The notes beneath the pieces are model-generated. The model made no database searches and was not told the origin of the DNA. It worked only from the letters and a program-made list of their open reading frames with translations. From the IMG/VR virus record IMGVR_UViG_3300046778_000032, positions 1 through 45,265 of that record: a stretch of DNA of 45,265 nt; one strand, given 5' to 3'. Of this stretch, positions 44,702-45,265 are shown one piece after another; within the stretch, counting starts at the first letter, position 1, and the number at the start of each line of letters is the position of its first letter. Made by a program: the position numbers and the translations under genes. Source of the DNA: a virus. Its lineage: Duplodnaviria > Caudoviricetes.

Positions 44702-44860
44702 TTATTTAATTATACCTTTTTCTAATTTACTTTTACAGCTATTACAGCAATCTATGTTAATTGAAATCCAACCGCAATTATCAATTTTAAGAAAACTATT
44801 TCTATTTTGATTAGTTAATTTACAGTTGCACTTAGCACAATTCTTTTTACCTTTAGCCAT
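44702..44860 (-). CDS. 52-aa Cys-rich (Zn-finger-like) protein between the tRNAs
   Basis: MAKGKKNCAKCNC...DCCNSCKSKLEKGIIK; A/C-rich leader. Confidence 0.6.
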   Translation of the reverse strand: MAKGKKNCAKCNCKLTNQNRNSFLKIDNCGWISINIDCCNSCKSKLEKGIIK

Positions 44861-44878
44861 ATAATTAGTTAGTAAAAG

Positions 44879-44951
44879 TAGGGGCGAACGGACTTGAACC
44901 GATAACCTGCCGATTATGAGTCGGATGCTCTAACCATTGAGCTACACCCCT
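44879..44951 (-). tRNA. tRNA with a CAU anticodon, probably Ile2 (lysidine type); CCA not encoded
   Basis: AGGGGTG/CGCCCCT acceptor; GCTCAATGGTTAGAGC D-arm; CCGA-CTCATAA-TCGG anticodon arm resembling bacterial Ile2; GGTTCAAGTCC T-arm. Confidence 0.85.
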
Positions 44952-45031
44952 ATTAAATACCCTAGCAAGAATCTCAAACGCCAATTATTAAAACTTGCTA
45001 GGGTTTGTATCACCATGATACAAATTGTTAG

Positions 45032-45145
45032 TTAAAAAGGAATTTGATCTTCGTCACAATGAATGCAATATTTATACATTTTACTATCAGTATCTCTATT
45101 GCATCCCGGAGTTAGACATATATTCCCTTTAATTATGCGTTTCCC
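45032..45145 (-). CDS. Putative -1 frameshift extension of the DUF669 SSB
   Basis: G_GGA_AAC at 45145-45139; the -1 frame reads RIIKGNICLTPGCNRDTDSKMYKYCIHCDEDQIPF to TAA 45032. Confidence 0.65.
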   Translation of the reverse strand, partial: GKRIIKGNICLTPGCNRDTDSKMYKYCIHCDEDQIPF

Positions 45146-45265
45146 GTTGGTTGACCTTGTGCGGCAGCTTGCGCCCGCTGTTGGTTCAAGATCCAATCAG
45201 GCACGGCAGGTGCTTGCCCTTGTGGTTGCTGTGGTTGGCTAACAGGTGCTTGTTGCACGGGTTGT
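45133..45265 (-). CDS. DUF669-family SSB, 3' part
   Basis: ...QPVQQAPVSQPQQPQGQAPAVPDWILNQQRAQAAAQGQPTGNA*; 406+107 = 513 nt in frame across the junction. Confidence 0.8.
   Translation of the reverse strand, partial: QPVQQAPVSQPQQPQGQAPAVPDWILNQQRAQAAAQGQPTGNA
45240..45265. repeat. Terminal overlap, copy 2
   Basis: Identical to 1-26. Confidence 0.95.

Noticed and set aside
1-45265. Stop-codon reassignment or a DNA hypermodification cluster
   Set aside because: Genes are intact and densely packed in the standard code, no suppressor tRNA is present, and I recognised no base-modification enzymes beyond ThyX, MazG-like and DUF3310

Overview
The window is an apparently complete, circularly assembled genome of an AT-rich siphovirus-type tailed phage. 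Bases 1-26 are repeated exactly at 45240-45265, giving a unit length of about 45,239 bp, and a DUF669/SSB-like gene reads across the join. The + strand (5971-31227) carries the packaging, head, tail, receptor-binding and lysis genes. The - strand carries replication, recombination and nucleotide genes (PolB, beta-clamp-like, SF2 helicase, Cas4-like nuclease, Sak4-like ATPase, SSB-like, ThyX, MazG-like), two tRNAs and an early block with ArdC and DUF2786. An NrS-1-like primase-helicase lies next to an iteron-rich putative origin. I recognised no integrase, so the phage is probably lytic. Several hints point to a Verrucomicrobiota host (inference only). The most notable signals are: (1) a solitary type I-C CRISPR-repeat-like unit in the anti-defence block; (2) a G_GGA_AAC -1 frameshift that would add a Cys4 motif and an acidic DEDQIPF tail to the SSB; (3) a stand-alone paralog of the primase-helicase C-terminal domain beside the iteron origin; (4) a tail-tip protein with nested domain insertions; (5) near-leaderless promoters in front of regulator-type genes; (6) apparent avoidance of CCWGG. 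All family assignments come from motifs recognised by eye; no searches were run.
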